From: an uncultured Staphylococcaceae bacterium
GTDB lineage: Bacteria; Bacillota_I; Bacilli_A; RFN20; CAG-826
DNA: 64,000 nucleotides
Assembly: GCA_964392865.1 (NCBI GenBank)
Contig: CAYMRJ010000002.1
Location: 1,574-65,573, forward strand
Reading direction: 5' to 3'
Both the position numbers and the translations under genes were made by a program. The notes under the pieces are model-generated. The model was not told the DNA's origin. It searched no databases and worked only from the letters and a program-made list of their open reading frames with translations. Numbering within the stretch: the stretch's first letter is position 1; each line of letters begins with the position of its first letter. Shown in pieces: positions 51,866-63,894 of the stretch.

Positions 51866-53683
51866 ATGCCTTATAGCGCCGACAAGATCCGCAATTTCTC
51901 GATCATCGCCCACATCGATCACGGGAAGAGCACTTTGGCCGACCGCATCTTGGAAAAGACCGGGGCCGTCGATGCGAGGTTATTGCGCCCCCAGATGCTC
52001 GATAGCATGGATCTCGAGCGCGAAAGAGGCATCACCATCAAGCTCAACGCCGTGACATTGACCTACAAGGCCAAAGACGGCGAGACCTATCTCTTCAACC
52101 TCATCGATACCCCGGGGCACGTCGACTTTTCCTACGAAGTCTCGAGGAGCCTTGCGGCCTGCGAAGGAGCCCTTTTGGTCGTCGATGCGACCCAAGGGGT
52201 CGAGGCCCAGACCTTGGCCAATGTCTATCTGGCCATCGACGGGGACCTCATGGTCATCCCGGTCATCAACAAGATCGATCTCCCGAGCGCCGACATAAAC
52301 GCCGCCAAGAAGGAAATCGAATCCCTCATCGGCATCACTTGCGACGATGCCGTCTTGGTGAGCGCCAAGACGGGGCAAGGAGTCAACGATTTGCTCGAGC
52401 AGATCGTCCACATGGTCCCGCCCCCGGAAGGGAAGAAGGATGCGCCCCTTAGGGCCTTGGTCTTCGATAGCCATTACGACTCCTATCGGGGCGTCGTCGC
52501 CAATATCCGCGTCAAGGACGGGGAGATCAAAGAAGGGGACCGCATTTATCTCATGGGCAGCAAGAAGTCCTATCTCGTGACCGAAGTCGGGATTAGGAGC
52601 CCCGAGGAAATCAGGACTGGGTCTCTAGGACCGGGAGAGGTCGGCTACATCGCCGCCGGCATCAAGGAAATCAGGGACATTTTCCCGGGCGAGACCATCA
52701 CGCTCGACGAGAATAAGGCTCCGGAACCCTTGCCTGGCTATAGGAAGGCCAACCCGATGGTCTATAGCGGCCTATTCCCAAGTGACTCCAAGGATTACGA
52801 GGCCTTGAAGGAGGCATTGGGGAAGCTGACCCTCAACGACGCTTCGCTTTCCTATGTCCCGGAGACCAGCAAAGCCTTGGGCTTCGGCTTTAGGTGCGGC
52901 TTCCTCGGCTTGCTCCATATGGACGTCATCGAGGAAAGGCTTGAAAGGGAGTACGGTTTGGATCTGATCCTTACCGCTCCTTCGGTCGTCTACAAGGTCA
53001 ACCTGACGGATGGGACTTCGATCGAGGTCAGCAATCCGAGCGATCTGCCGGCTCCTACGAAGATCGCTTCGATGGAAGAGCCCTATGTCAAAGCCTCCAT
53101 CATGGTGCCCTCCAGTTACGTCGGGGCCGTCATGGAAATCTGCCAGGATAGAAGAGGCATCTACCAAGATCTCGTTTACCTAGACGACTACCGGCAGGAA
53201 GTGAAGTACCTGCTTCCTCTAAGCGAAATCATCTACAGTTTCTTCGACGAACTCAAAAGCGCGACCAAAGGCTACGCCTCCTTGGACTACGAACTCGACG
53301 GCTACCGCGAAAGCGACTTGGCCAAGATGGATATCCTCCTCAATGGCGAGCCCGTCGACGCCCTTAGCAGCATCGTCTTTAGGCCCAACGCCTATAGGAA
53401 AGGCGTCGCCATCGTGCGGAAACTAAAAGACGCCATCCCGCGCCAGCTCTTCGAAGTGCCGATCCAGGCGGCCGTTTCCGGGAAGGTCATCGCCAGGGCC
53501 GACGTCAAGGCCGTCAGGAAAGACGTCTTGGCCAAGTGCTACGGCGGCGACATCTCGCGGAAGAAGAAGCTGCTCGAGAAGCAAAAGGAAGGGAAGAAGC
53601 GGATGAAGGCCGTCGGCTCCGTCGAGATCCCCCAAGAGGCCTTCATGAGCGTCCTTTCGGCCGATGACGACAAGGACTATTGA
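51866..53683 (+). CDS. lepA: Elongation factor 4
   Basis: [31 protein letters not shown]-terminal LepA domain. The start was taken at MPYSADK. Confidence 0.97.
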   Translation: MPYSADKIRNFSIIAHIDHGKSTLADRILEKTGAVDARLLRPQMLDSMDLERERGITIKLNAVTLTYKAKDGETYLFNLIDTPGHVDFSYEVSRSLAACEGALLVVDATQGVEAQTLANVYLAIDGDLMVIPVINKIDLPSADINAAKKEIESLIGITCDDAVLVSAKTGQGVNDLLEQIVHMVPPPEGKKDAPLRALVFDSHYDSYRGVVANIRVKDGEIKEGDRIYLMGSKKSYLVTEVGIRSPEEIRTGSLGPGEVGYIAAGIKEIRDIFPGETITLDENKAPEPLPGYRKANPMVYSGLFPSDSKDYEALKEALGKLTLNDASLSYVPETSKALGFGFRCGFLGLLHMDVIEERLEREYGLDLILTAPSVVYKVNLTDGTSIEVSNPSDLPAPTKIASMEEPYVKASIMVPSSYVGAVMEICQDRRGIYQDLVYLDDYRQEVKYLLPLSEIIYSFFDELKSATKGYASLDYELDGYRESDLAKMDILLNGEPVDALSSIVFRPNAYRKGVAIVRKLKDAIPRQLFEVPIQAAVSGKVIARADVKAVRKDVLAKCYGGDISRKKKLLEKQKEGKKRMKAVGSVEIPQEAFMSVLSADDDKDY

Positions 53684-53730
53684 AACAAATTGGTAGTTTT
53701 TTAGTCGTTTAGGCAATAGACTTCCGATAG

Positions 53731-55599
53731 ATGGAAACCAACCTGGCGGCCAAATATACCGACGAGCATTACCTAAGCAAAAGGGAACTGAGGAAGGCGC
53801 TGAACATGAGCAGCGTCGATTTCGCTTGGAACGACATCGTCGCCTACCGCCGCCAATTCTCCGAAGGCTTCGGGAAATTCAAGACGATCGGTGGACACCC
53901 ATTCCATTTGACCGCCACCCCGAAGATCTCCGAGAAGATCGATAAGTGCCAGGAACTGATAGAGCGCCTCGTCGCTTCCTTCAAAGGAAGAAGCGAGCCC
54001 GAAAAGGCCATTCTCAGGAAGATCTACGGCTATAGCGCCCTCGACGCCGTCAGGAAATACGAGGGCAGTCCCGTAAGCGATTCGGCTTTGAAGGCCATGC
54101 TCAACAACCGCTACGAGGAAGGCGATCCGCACGGAGTCCCCATTTTCCGCTATCTATCGGCCTGCGATGCCTATGCCTATTTCGGCCTCGACTCCAGCGA
54201 CGGCGATTCGGCTCTCGCCAATGCCTACTCGCGGATGCTCGGCACGACCGAACTCACTTCCTATTACCGGACCAAAGACCCCGTTAAGCAGCAGGTCATG
54301 GCCGGCATCGACGACGTCTATGCCTTCGCTCCCCATGGGAGCATCGAATCCCTCATGGATTGCTTCTTCGAAGGGATGAAGGAAGACGGGATCGCTCCGC
54401 TTACCAAGGCCATCGCCAGCGCCTACTTCCTCGATTCCGTTTTGCCTTTTGAGCGCTACTCCGGCGAAGCCGGGGCTTTGCTTGGCCTAAGCTATTTTGA
54501 AAACGCCGGCCTCGGGAAGGCCGTCTACTACCTCCCCCTCATGGCCGTCCTCGAAAAGACCAAGACCTACGTCGAAGCGGGGAACGAGGCCCAGAAGACC
54601 GGGGACATCACCTACATCGTCCTCCACGCCGTCTCGATCCTCGAAGGACTCATCCGCCTGCTTCTTACCGAAGGGGAAGAGCAGCTTACGAGGGTCGCGA
54701 CTCCTTACCGTTACGTCCGTCCGGCCGATAGCAGCCAAGTCGTCAGGACCTTCATCAACGAACCCGAATACCAAAGGCCCGCCCCGCAGCCGGCGCCGCA
54801 ACCGGCGCAGCAGCCCGTTCAGCAGGCCGTCGCGCCGCAGCCGGTCCCGCAACCTGCACCCCAGCCGGCATACCAGCCGATGCCGGAACCGGCTCCCCAG
54901 CCCGCACCGGCCCCGGAACCCGTTCCGCAGCCGATTCCGGAGCCCGAACCCGAACCCATTCCCGAGCCGGAACCCGTCTTTCATTACGAACCTGATGCCG
55001 GCTATGCCCCGTATCAGGGACCGATTGAAGAAGAGCCGGCCCCGATCCCGGAACCAGAGCCCGAGAGGCATCCTGAATACCGGCCCAATCCCGCGCCGAT
55101 TCCAGAACCCGTCCAGGAACCGGAACCCATTCCGGAGCCCATCCCGGAACCTCAGCCTGAGCCTGTCATCGCGCCCGCTCCGGCCGTTTCTATTCCGGCG
55201 GACGAGATAAAGCCCGTCGTCCAAAGGACCGCGGCCAAGAAAGGGCCAAAGCCCCAAAGCGCCCCTTCGCTCGATCCCGACGAGTTCAAGAGGGCGGCCC
55301 TTCCCAAGGGCTATAAGAGGGATCCTTCCGGCCTTAGCGAAAAGGAAGAGAAGGAATACGCGAGGTATCTTCTGGAGACCAATCCGCTTCTTACCAAAGG
55401 GCAGGCAAGGTTCTATGCCAGCCACTGCACCATGGGGCGCTACTACGTCATCCAGGATTACAAGCGCCATGCCCGATGCGCCTACGAAACGGCCAGGACG
55501 TCCATGGATAAGCTGGCCGAACTGGGGTATTATTCCAAACTGCAGGTCAAGAACAAATTCGTCTATACACCGAAGCCGCGCGGAGGCGGCGATAACTAG
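53731..55599 (+). CDS. Hypothetical protein: possible degenerate Fic-fold N-domain, Pro-rich linker, C-terminal wHTH
   Basis: [15 protein letters not shown] sits where Fic proteins have HPFxxGNGRxxRLL. The linker runs [13 protein letters not shown]...[15 protein letters not shown]. The C-terminus [19 protein letters not shown]...FVYTP is wHTH-like. No SD was seen, so the start is uncertain. Confidence 0.6.
   Translation: METNLAAKYTDEHYLSKRELRKALNMSSVDFAWNDIVAYRRQFSEGFGKFKTIGGHPFHLTATPKISEKIDKCQELIERLVASFKGRSEPEKAILRKIYGYSALDAVRKYEGSPVSDSALKAMLNNRYEEGDPHGVPIFRYLSACDAYAYFGLDSSDGDSALANAYSRMLGTTELTSYYRTKDPVKQQVMAGIDDVYAFAPHGSIESLMDCFFEGMKEDGIAPLTKAIASAYFLDSVLPFERYSGEAGALLGLSYFENAGLGKAVYYLPLMAVLEKTKTYVEAGNEAQKTGDITYIVLHAVSILEGLIRLLLTEGEEQLTRVATPYRYVRPADSSQVVRTFINEPEYQRPAPQPAPQPAQQPVQQAVAPQPVPQPAPQPAYQPMPEPAPQPAPAPEPVPQPIPEPEPEPIPEPEPVFHYEPDAGYAPYQGPIEEEPAPIPEPEPERHPEYRPNPAPIPEPVQEPEPIPEPIPEPQPEPVIAPAPAVSIPADEIKPVVQRTAAKKGPKPQSAPSLDPDEFKRAALPKGYKRDPSGLSEKEEKEYARYLLETNPLLTKGQARFYASHCTMGRYYVIQDYKRHARCAYETARTSMDKLAELGYYSKLQVKNKFVYTPKPRGGGDN
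54775..55190 (+). repeat. Low-complexity coding repeat (PQPAP / PEPIPEP) in the 622-aa protein
   Basis: Same repeat style as the FtsK linker at 25763-26195. Confidence 0.7.
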
Positions 55600-55604
55600 A
55601 GAAA

Positions 55605-56036
55605 ATGAGCACCATCGTCTTAGCAAGTTCCTTCTGGAGCAACCCGATCGTCATCATCGTCGGGCTGGTCCTTTTATTCGGCCTCGTGGCCGCCGGCGTC
55701 TTCCTTTTCAGGAAGTACAGCCACTTCTTCACCCACGATGACGAAGGCCCGAAGTCCGATGCCGAAATCGCCGAGGAAGAGCTCAATCGCATCTTGGTCG
55801 ACGTCGAAGACGAAGAGACGAAGCGCCAGATGGAAGAGTACGTCCGCAATGCCTCCAAGAAGGCCGCCAAGGAAGCCCCGCCGACCCCGGAAGAGGTCGC
55901 TAGGGAAGAAATGGCGAGGATCTTGGAGCCCGTCACCGATATAGAGACGGCCAAGGCCATGGAAGAGTACGTCGAAGAGCATCCCGAAGAAGCCGAAGCC
56001 GTCAGCGAAGCCGACGAAGAAAAGGCCGAGAAGTAA
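55605..56036 (+). CDS. Membrane-anchored acidic protein with an internal duplication
   Basis: N-terminal TM segment IVIIVGLVLLFGLVAAGVFLF. Two similar units: RILVDVEDEETKRQMEEYV and RILEPVTDIETAKAMEEYV. Confidence 0.5.
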   Translation: MSTIVLASSFWSNPIVIIVGLVLLFGLVAAGVFLFRKYSHFFTHDDEGPKSDAEIAEEELNRILVDVEDEETKRQMEEYVRNASKKAAKEAPPTPEEVAREEMARILEPVTDIETAKAMEEYVEEHPEEAEAVSEADEEKAEK

Positions 56037-56038
56037 CA

Positions 56039-57130
56039 GTGAGCCAAAGGCCCAGCGCCTTATACGTCCACATCCCCTTTTGCCGGGAGATCTGCCATTA
56101 CTGCGATTTCCCCAAGGGGTTTTATAGAAGCGACGTCGCGGATAGATATCTGGACGTCCTGATCGAAGAAACCAAAGGGCTCATCGGCCCTTTTTCTACT
56201 ATCTACGTCGGGGGAGGAACGCCGAGCGCTTTGTCCCCGGCTCAAATCGAACGCCTCCTTTCGGCCTTGTCCCCCTTCCTACTGGAAGGCGGGGAGTTCT
56301 GTTTCGAACTCAATCCAGAATCGATTGACACAGAAAAAGCCAGGATCCTCAGGAAATACGGGGTCAACAGGGTCTCCATGGGAGTCGAATCTGGGAGTCC
56401 AAGACTCCTTTCCTTGATGGGCCGCAAGCACGGGCGGGCAGAAGCGATAGAGGCCGTTAGGATTCTCAGAGAAGCCGGAATAACAAATATCAACCTCGAC
56501 CTCATCTACGGCCTGCCGGACGAAACTGTGGAAGAGCTCGATGCCGATATCGACTTCCTGCTTTCCTTCGACGTCCCACATCTATCGACCTATTCTCTGA
56601 GTGTTTCGCCCAATACGCTTTTCTACTTGAAAGCCATCAACGAACAGGCCGACGAAGGCTCGGCGGCCTTCTACGAAAGGATCCTTTCTAGGCTCAGGGA
56701 ACATGGCTATTGCCGCTATGAAGTGAGCAACTTCGCAAAGCCCGGATATGAGAGCAAGCACAACCTGGCTTATTGGAAGGATCTGCCCTATGTCGGCTTG
56801 GGCCTCGGCGCGGCCGGATACGAAAACGGCCGCCACTACCAGAACACCAAAAGCCTGAACCGCTATTTGAAGGAAGGCGGCTCGCCGGTCTACGAAGAAG
56901 AACCCGATAGGCAAGGGAAGATCGAATATTTTCTGCTCACGAACCTAAGGCTTGCCAAAGGATTCGCTGACGAAGAATTCAAAAAGCGTTTCGGTAAAAG
57001 CTTCATCGAGGAATTCGGCGAGAAAGCCAGGAAGGCCGTAGACGATGGCCTATTGGAGATAGGGGAGGGAATCAGGCCGACGGACAGGGGATTAATCCTC
57101 CTCGACCGCCTTTTGCTTGCGCTATACTAA
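56039..57130 (+). CDS. hemW: Radical SAM heme chaperone HemW (HemN-like)
   Basis: YVHIPFCREICHYCDF CX3CX2C motif. GTG start. Position between lepA and hrcA. Confidence 0.9.
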   Translation: MSQRPSALYVHIPFCREICHYCDFPKGFYRSDVADRYLDVLIEETKGLIGPFSTIYVGGGTPSALSPAQIERLLSALSPFLLEGGEFCFELNPESIDTEKARILRKYGVNRVSMGVESGSPRLLSLMGRKHGRAEAIEAVRILREAGITNINLDLIYGLPDETVEELDADIDFLLSFDVPHLSTYSLSVSPNTLFYLKAINEQADEGSAAFYERILSRLREHGYCRYEVSNFAKPGYESKHNLAYWKDLPYVGLGLGAAGYENGRHYQNTKSLNRYLKEGGSPVYEEEPDRQGKIEYFLLTNLRLAKGFADEEFKKRFGKSFIEEFGEKARKAVDDGLLEIGEGIRPTDRGLILLDRLLLALY

Positions 57131-57136
57131 GTCGCC

Positions 57137-57550
57137 ATGGGCATCGCGCGCTACGAAAGAAGGCTCATCGCCTACCTGATCGACGAAATCATCGCTTGCC
57201 TGGCCGGGGCCGGCTGTTCCGTTTTGCTGGCCGTCTATGCGGGGCTCACCTCGATCTTCTGGTTCTTTTTGATCGCCGCCGCCTCTGCCTACGTCATATT
57301 CGTGATTCTCTGCACGCTTTTCTCAAGCCTTTCGCAGGGCTCGACCTTGGGCTCCCTCATCCTCGGCATCAAATGCGTCCACCCGGACGGCAAGCGCTTC
57401 GGCTTCAGGGATTCGCTCGTTAGGGCGGTCAGCAAAGGCATCTTCGTCGCCATCTTGGCCAACGCCATCTACATGCTCGCGAGCCATACGGAACGCTCGG
57501 TCTTCGATAGATTGAACGACAGCATCGTCGTCTATAGAAGGCAGCGTTAG
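57137..57550 (+). CDS. RDD-family membrane protein
   Basis: YERRLIAYLIDEII N-terminus, then TM segments. Confidence 0.7.
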   Translation: MGIARYERRLIAYLIDEIIACLAGAGCSVLLAVYAGLTSIFWFFLIAAASAYVIFVILCTLFSSLSQGSTLGSLILGIKCVHPDGKRFGFRDSLVRAVSKGIFVAILANAIYMLASHTERSVFDRLNDSIVVYRRQR

Positions 57551-57625
57551 CACTCTCTTTGATCTAAGGGCCCGGCAGGGCCTTTTTTGTTGCTCATGGA
57601 AGCAATCGGCAAAAGAGAGTGCTAA
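57547..57625. repeat. 14-bp perfect inverted repeat made of consensus CIRCE half-sites with a long spacer
   Basis: TTAGCACTCTCTTT (57547-57560) and AAAGAGAGTGCTAA (57612-57625). It encloses the terminator hairpin. The left arm overlaps the RDD stop codon. Confidence 0.7.
57569..57588 (+). terminator. Terminator after the RDD gene
   Basis: GGCCC-GGCA-GGGCC hairpin followed by TTTTTT. Confidence 0.7.
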
Positions 57626-57695
57626 ACGAAAAAGTTCGATGAAACCTAATTATTTATTTCAACCAGCAGAAGAAGATGACGGAAATTGGCACTTT

Positions 57696-57722
57696 TTAGC
57701 ACTCAAAACTTGACAGTGCTAA
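57696..57722 (+). promoter_or_regulatory. CIRCE operator (HrcA binding site)
   Basis: TTAGCACTC-AAAACTTGA-CAGTGCTAA versus the consensus TTAGCACTC-N9-GAGTGCTAA (one mismatch). Confidence 0.85.
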
Positions 57723-57738
57723 TCCCCCTCTCGATAAT
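57710..57738 (+). promoter_or_regulatory. Sigma-A promoter of the hrcA-grpE-dnaK-dnaJ operon, overlapping CIRCE
   Basis: TTGACA (57710-57715), 17-nt spacer, GATAAT (57733-57738). Confidence 0.7.
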
Positions 57739-57765
57739 ACGGGAGGCCAAGGAGTCAAAAAGACC

Positions 57766-58794
57766 ATGACGAGGCAAGATACGATACTCAAGCTCATCGT
57801 CGAGCACTTCATCAAGACGGCCGAGCCGGTCGGTAGCAAAACGTTGGTCGAGGAATACGGCCTCCAGGTTTCGACCGCGACGGTCAGAAACGAGATGAAC
57901 GCCTTGGAAAAGGCCGGGTATCTCGAAAAGCCCCACGCCTCCGCCGGGCGCGTCCCGAGCGAGCGCGGCTATGCCTACTACAACGAACACCTCAAAGATG
58001 CGAGCACCTCGGTCCAGGACGATGTCAAGAACGCCATCGCCAGGGTCTTGGACGAGAAGACCAAATCGGTCGAAGAAGTCCTGAACCAAAGCTGCGAGAT
58101 CCTTAGTAACCTCACGAGCCTGGCCAGCGCCGTCCTCGGCAGCAAAGCCGATGTCGAGCGTTTGGTCAGCGTCCAGGCCATTCCCATCGCCGAGAAGACG
58201 GCGACCTGCGTCTTCGTCACCTCGAGCGGCTATGTCGAAAACAAGACGTTCGTTTTGCCCGAAGGCCTCAATAGCCAGAACCTCGCCAAATCGGTCGAGA
58301 TGCTTAGCGGGCGCCTCAGCGGCACCCCCGTCGGGGAAGTGCCCGGGAAGATGGAAGCCCTAAAGCCCATCCTCCTCGATTACTTAATCGGAAACGACGC
58401 GGTCTACCAGGCGGTCCTCGAAGCCTTCGTGCGGTTCGCGAGCGACCGCATGAAGACCTATGGGAAGCAGGCCCTCTTCGGCCAGCCGGAATTCTCGGAA
58501 GACGCCGAGAAATTGAAGAAGCTGATCGGCTTCCTCGATAATCCCGCGGCGGTAAGCGAAGCCATCGCCAGAGGCGAAGACATCGATGGCGTTTCCGTCT
58601 CGATCGGCGGAAAGGAAGGCCTCGAAGATCTCGCCATCGTCTCGGCGGAACTGAATCTCCCGGGTAGCAGCAACGCGAGCCTCTCGGTTTTGGGGCCCAA
58701 GAGGATGGATTACGCCAGAGTCAGCGCCATCCTGAGATACATGGCCGCCGCCATCGACGATTACTTCAAGGGAAGCGCCAAGAAAGGGGAATAG
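57766..58794 (+). CDS. hrcA: Heat-inducible transcription repressor HrcA
   Basis: N-terminal wHTH TRQDTILKLIVEHFIKTAEPVGSKTL. 342 aa. Operon position. Confidence 0.95.
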   Translation: MTRQDTILKLIVEHFIKTAEPVGSKTLVEEYGLQVSTATVRNEMNALEKAGYLEKPHASAGRVPSERGYAYYNEHLKDASTSVQDDVKNAIARVLDEKTKSVEEVLNQSCEILSNLTSLASAVLGSKADVERLVSVQAIPIAEKTATCVFVTSSGYVENKTFVLPEGLNSQNLAKSVEMLSGRLSGTPVGEVPGKMEALKPILLDYLIGNDAVYQAVLEAFVRFASDRMKTYGKQALFGQPEFSEDAEKLKKLIGFLDNPAAVSEAIARGEDIDGVSVSIGGKEGLEDLAIVSAELNLPGSSNASLSVLGPKRMDYARVSAILRYMAAAIDDYFKGSAKKGE

Positions 58795-58797
58795 GAA

Positions 58798-59370
58798 GTG
58801 GAAGAAGAAAAGAAGGAACCCGAAACGGAAGAAACCCCCGAAGAGAATAAGAAAGCCGGGAAGAAGGAAGCGAAACTAGCCAAGCGCATCGAGGAACTCG
58901 AAGCCGAGAGCAGCCACTGGAAGAACGCCTACTACCGGGCCTATGCCGATCTCGAGAATCTAAGGAAAAGCTTGGAGGAAGACCATAGGAACGCCCTGAA
59001 GTACCGGGCCGAAGGCTTCTTGGAAGAGCTGATACCGGCCCTCGATGCCTTCCATAGCGCCCTCTCTGCTCCGGCCCCGAGCAAAGACGCCGAGAACTAC
59101 AAGATCGGCTTCGGGTATATCTATAAGCAGATCGTAAGCGCATTGGAAGCCGAGGGCTTCAAGCAGATCGAACCCCAAATCGGCGATCCCTTCGACGCCC
59201 GCTACATGCAGGCCGTCGATACGGTCGAAGACGAAAAGGAAGGCTTGGTCCACGCCGTCCATGCCAAGGGGTATCAACTGAAAGACAGGATGATCCGGCC
59301 CGTCATGGTGACGGCCACCGTCAGGAAAACCGAAAAGAAGGAAGAAAAAGAAGAAGCCCGCAAGGCTTAG
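58798..59370 (+). CDS. grpE: Nucleotide exchange factor GrpE
   Basis: GTG start. [13 protein letters not shown]...ALDAFHSAL...[14 protein letters not shown]. Confidence 0.95.
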   Translation: MEEEKKEPETEETPEENKKAGKKEAKLAKRIEELEAESSHWKNAYYRAYADLENLRKSLEEDHRNALKYRAEGFLEELIPALDAFHSALSAPAPSKDAENYKIGFGYIYKQIVSALEAEGFKQIEPQIGDPFDARYMQAVDTVEDEKEGLVHAVHAKGYQLKDRMIRPVMVTATVRKTEKKEEKEEARKA

Positions 59371-59387
59371 AAGGAGGAAATAGAATC

Positions 59388-61202
<1,815 letters not shown>

Positions 61203-61242
61203 CAATGGGCAATATGCCCATCCAAATGAAAGGAGAGGCTAG

Positions 61243-62370
61243 ATGAAACGCGATTACTACGAAGTCCTCGGCCTCTCCAAAGGGGCCACGAAGGACGAGA
61301 TCAAATCGGCCTATCGGAAATTGGCCAAGAAGTACCACCCCGACTTGAACAAAGAGCCCGATGCGGCCGAGAAGTTCGAAGAAGTCCAAGAAGCTTACGA
61401 CGTCCTTTATGACGATAAGAAGAGGCAGCTCTACGACCAATACGGGATGGCAGCCTTCGAGCAAGGGGCCTCGACCGGCGGGGCCGGCAACCCCTTCAGC
61501 GGCGGCTTCAACTTCAACGGAGCCGGCTTCGGGGACGTCGATCTCGGGGATATCTTCAATTCCTTCTTCGGCGGCGGCCAAAGGAGAAGGAATTCCGGAC
61601 CTAGGAAAGGAAACGACCGCCTTTACCGGGTCAAGGTTTCCTTTATGGACGCCGTTAACGGCACGACTCTGAATATCCCTGTCGATTACGAAGAACCCTG
61701 CAGCCACTGCGGCGGGACGGGGGCCGAGAGCCCTTCCGATTATGTCAGCTGCCCCAAGTGCGGCGGCTCCGGCACCGTCATCCAAAGGACCCAGACCATC
61801 TTCGGGACCATGCAGTCCGAGACTTCCTGCCCCCAGTGCGGCGGCAAAGGGAAGATCGTCCGGAAGAGCTGCCACGTTTGCGGCGGAAAAGGCTATAGCC
61901 GGGTCAAGAAGACCCTCGAAGTCAAGATCCCCGAGGGCATCAATAACGGCCAGCAGGTCCGGCTTTCCGGCAAGGGCGAGCGGAGCCATAACGGCGGTCC
62001 CAACGGCGATCTCTACATCGAAGTCGCCGTCCAGCCCAGCGACCTCTATAGGCGCGAAGGGAACGACATCCATAGCGACGTGAGCCTTTCTTTCGTCGAC
62101 TGCGCCCTCGGGACCAAGGTCACCTGCGAGACGGTCAAGGGGAAGGTCGAAGTCACTATCGCGGCCGGGACCCAGCCCGGGACCATCCTCAAGGTCAAGG
62201 GGAAGGGGGTCAATGATCTCCGCACCCACCAGCCGGGCGACCATTACGTCCACGTGAAGGTCGAAACCCCGACGAAGCTTAGCGAAGCCCAGAAGACCTT
62301 GCTAAGGGAATTCCAAGAGCAAGAGAAGAACAAGAAGAAGGGCTTTGGGTCCTTCTTCAAGAAAGGCTAG
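61243..62370 (+). CDS. dnaJ: Molecular chaperone DnaJ
   Basis: J domain with KYHPD. G/F region. Four CxxCxGxG zinc-finger repeats. Confidence 0.97.
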   Translation: MKRDYYEVLGLSKGATKDEIKSAYRKLAKKYHPDLNKEPDAAEKFEEVQEAYDVLYDDKKRQLYDQYGMAAFEQGASTGGAGNPFSGGFNFNGAGFGDVDLGDIFNSFFGGGQRRRNSGPRKGNDRLYRVKVSFMDAVNGTTLNIPVDYEEPCSHCGGTGAESPSDYVSCPKCGGSGTVIQRTQTIFGTMQSETSCPQCGGKGKIVRKSCHVCGGKGYSRVKKTLEVKIPEGINNGQQVRLSGKGERSHNGGPNGDLYIEVAVQPSDLYRREGNDIHSDVSLSFVDCALGTKVTCETVKGKVEVTIAAGTQPGTILKVKGKGVNDLRTHQPGDHYVHVKVETPTKLSEAQKTLLREFQEQEKNKKKGFGSFFKKG

Positions 62371-62374
62371 AGAG

Positions 62375-62396
62375 AGCCGGCTAGGCCGGCTTTTTC
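62375..62396 (+). terminator. dnaJ terminator
   Basis: AGCCGGC-TAG-GCCGGCT hairpin followed by TTTTT. Confidence 0.75.
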
Positions 62397-62442
62397 TTTG
62401 CCTTTCTACCAAAGCGCCTCTTTTTGCCCTATATTTAGCGCG

Positions 62443-62997
62443 ATGGAAGAAAAGTCCTCTTTTCCCGCCAATGCCGCCATCGCCCTACTGGCTTTGGTCT
62501 GTTTGCTCTGCGGGGGACTCGCTTTCTATTACGGGGCCGGGGCGCTTCTTCTAGAAGAAGGAACTGGCAGCTGGAACACGGCCGAATTCGCCTACCGGGC
62601 GATTTATCTCACCTTCGGCTACGAATCGGCCGATACCGAAAGCACGGTCTACTCGGCCGATGGCTTGTTTCTTCCGAAGATCGCCTTCATCTTGTATCTT
62701 CTGGCTTTCCTAGCCTATTTCCTTGGCTTTTCCGTCATATTGGGAAAGAAGGACGAGAAGAAGAGCGACTATGTCCTAGGGGCCGCTTCCGGCCTATCGA
62801 TCATCGCAAGTTTGCTATTTTTCTTTTCGCACTTCGCCGTTTCTAGCGGCGAAGGCTATTTCCTGATACCGGGCGAAGGGTTTTTATTGCCGGCCGCGCT
62901 AGCGATGCTTCCGGCCCTGGCCTTCGCCGCCAAATTCATAATCAAATATTTCGAGAACAGAAAGAAACGCATCTTGGAGGAAGATCTCGATGGATAA
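62443..62997 (+). CDS. Integral membrane protein, unknown function
   Basis: Four or five hydrophobic segments. The start was taken at the ATG (MEEKSS) after the dnaJ terminator rather than the TTG at 62398. Confidence 0.5.
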   Translation: MEEKSSFPANAAIALLALVCLLCGGLAFYYGAGALLLEEGTGSWNTAEFAYRAIYLTFGYESADTESTVYSADGLFLPKIAFILYLLAFLAYFLGFSVILGKKDEKKSDYVLGAASGLSIIASLLFFFSHFAVSSGEGYFLIPGEGFLLPAALAMLPALAFAAKFIIKYFENRKKRILEEDLDG

Positions 62998-63451
62998 GTA
63001 CATGCAAGAAGCCCTGATCGAAGCCTACAAAGGCATCGAAAACGGGGAAGGCGGGCCCTTCGGCGCCGTCATAGTAAGAAGCGGCCAGATCATCGGCCGC
63101 GGCCATAACCGGGTCGTCAAAAACGGCGATCCGACCTGCCACGGGGAAATGGAGGCCATCAGGGACGCCTGCAAGAACACGGGCTCCTTCGATCTGACCG
63201 GTTCCGTCATCTATACGACCGGGGAGCCTTGCCCGATGTGCTTGGGCGCCATCCTCTGGGCCAATATTTCCAAGGTCTATTACGGCTGCACGATCGCCGA
63301 TACGGCCAAGATCGGCTTCAGGGACGAGCGCTTCTACGAAATCATGAATGACGAAGAGAAGAGGGCCGAGTTCATCCAGTGCCTCGACCGCTCGCAGTGC
63401 CAGCTTCTTTACCGCGACTACCTCAAGAAAACGGGCAGGATCAATTACTGA
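62990..63451 (+). CDS. CMP/dCMP-type zinc deaminase (nucleoside/guanine deaminase or TadA-like)
   Basis: CHGEMEAI and PCPMCLGA zinc-binding motifs. 153 aa. Confidence 0.8.
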   Translation: MDKYMQEALIEAYKGIENGEGGPFGAVIVRSGQIIGRGHNRVVKNGDPTCHGEMEAIRDACKNTGSFDLTGSVIYTTGEPCPMCLGAILWANISKVYYGCTIADTAKIGFRDERFYEIMNDEEKRAEFIQCLDRSQCQLLYRDYLKKTGRINY

Positions 63452-63894
63452 TGGCCAAGTGCCGTAACTGCGGTCACGACATTAGTAGCGCCCTCGATCG
63501 CGATATCTGCCCCCACTGCGGGGAGAAAAGCCCGGTCGAGAAGGGCTACGAGACGATGGACCTCACGGGGAACATCGCGACTTTGGAGGGCGATTACGAG
63601 CTCTATAAGAGCAAAAGGCGCCTCTATGCCTTCTTGTTCGGACTGTTCCTCGGGATGTTCGGGGCCGACCTCCATTACCGGGGATTCCATCTCAAGGGCT
63701 TTCTGGTAATGCTCTTCAACGTTGTCTTCATCGGGATGGTAGGCACCATCTTGCTATTCGCCACGAGCATGGGCATGTGGATCTGGGGCTATCTGATTCC
63801 CCTATTCGTGGTGTTCGGGTTATTCGCCATCTGGTCTCTACGATACCTATTGCACGATACCTGGAAGGATTCCCGCGGGGAATTCATGCGCTGA
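63451..63894 (+). CDS. Zinc-ribbon plus TM2-domain membrane protein
   Basis: CRNCGH...CPHCG ribbon. FLFGLFLGMFGADLHYRG is TM2-like. TGATG overlap with the deaminase gene. Confidence 0.7.
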   Translation: MAKCRNCGHDISSALDRDICPHCGEKSPVEKGYETMDLTGNIATLEGDYELYKSKRRLYAFLFGLFLGMFGADLHYRGFHLKGFLVMLFNVVFIGMVGTILLFATSMGMWIWGYLIPLFVVFGLFAIWSLRYLLHDTWKDSRGEFMR

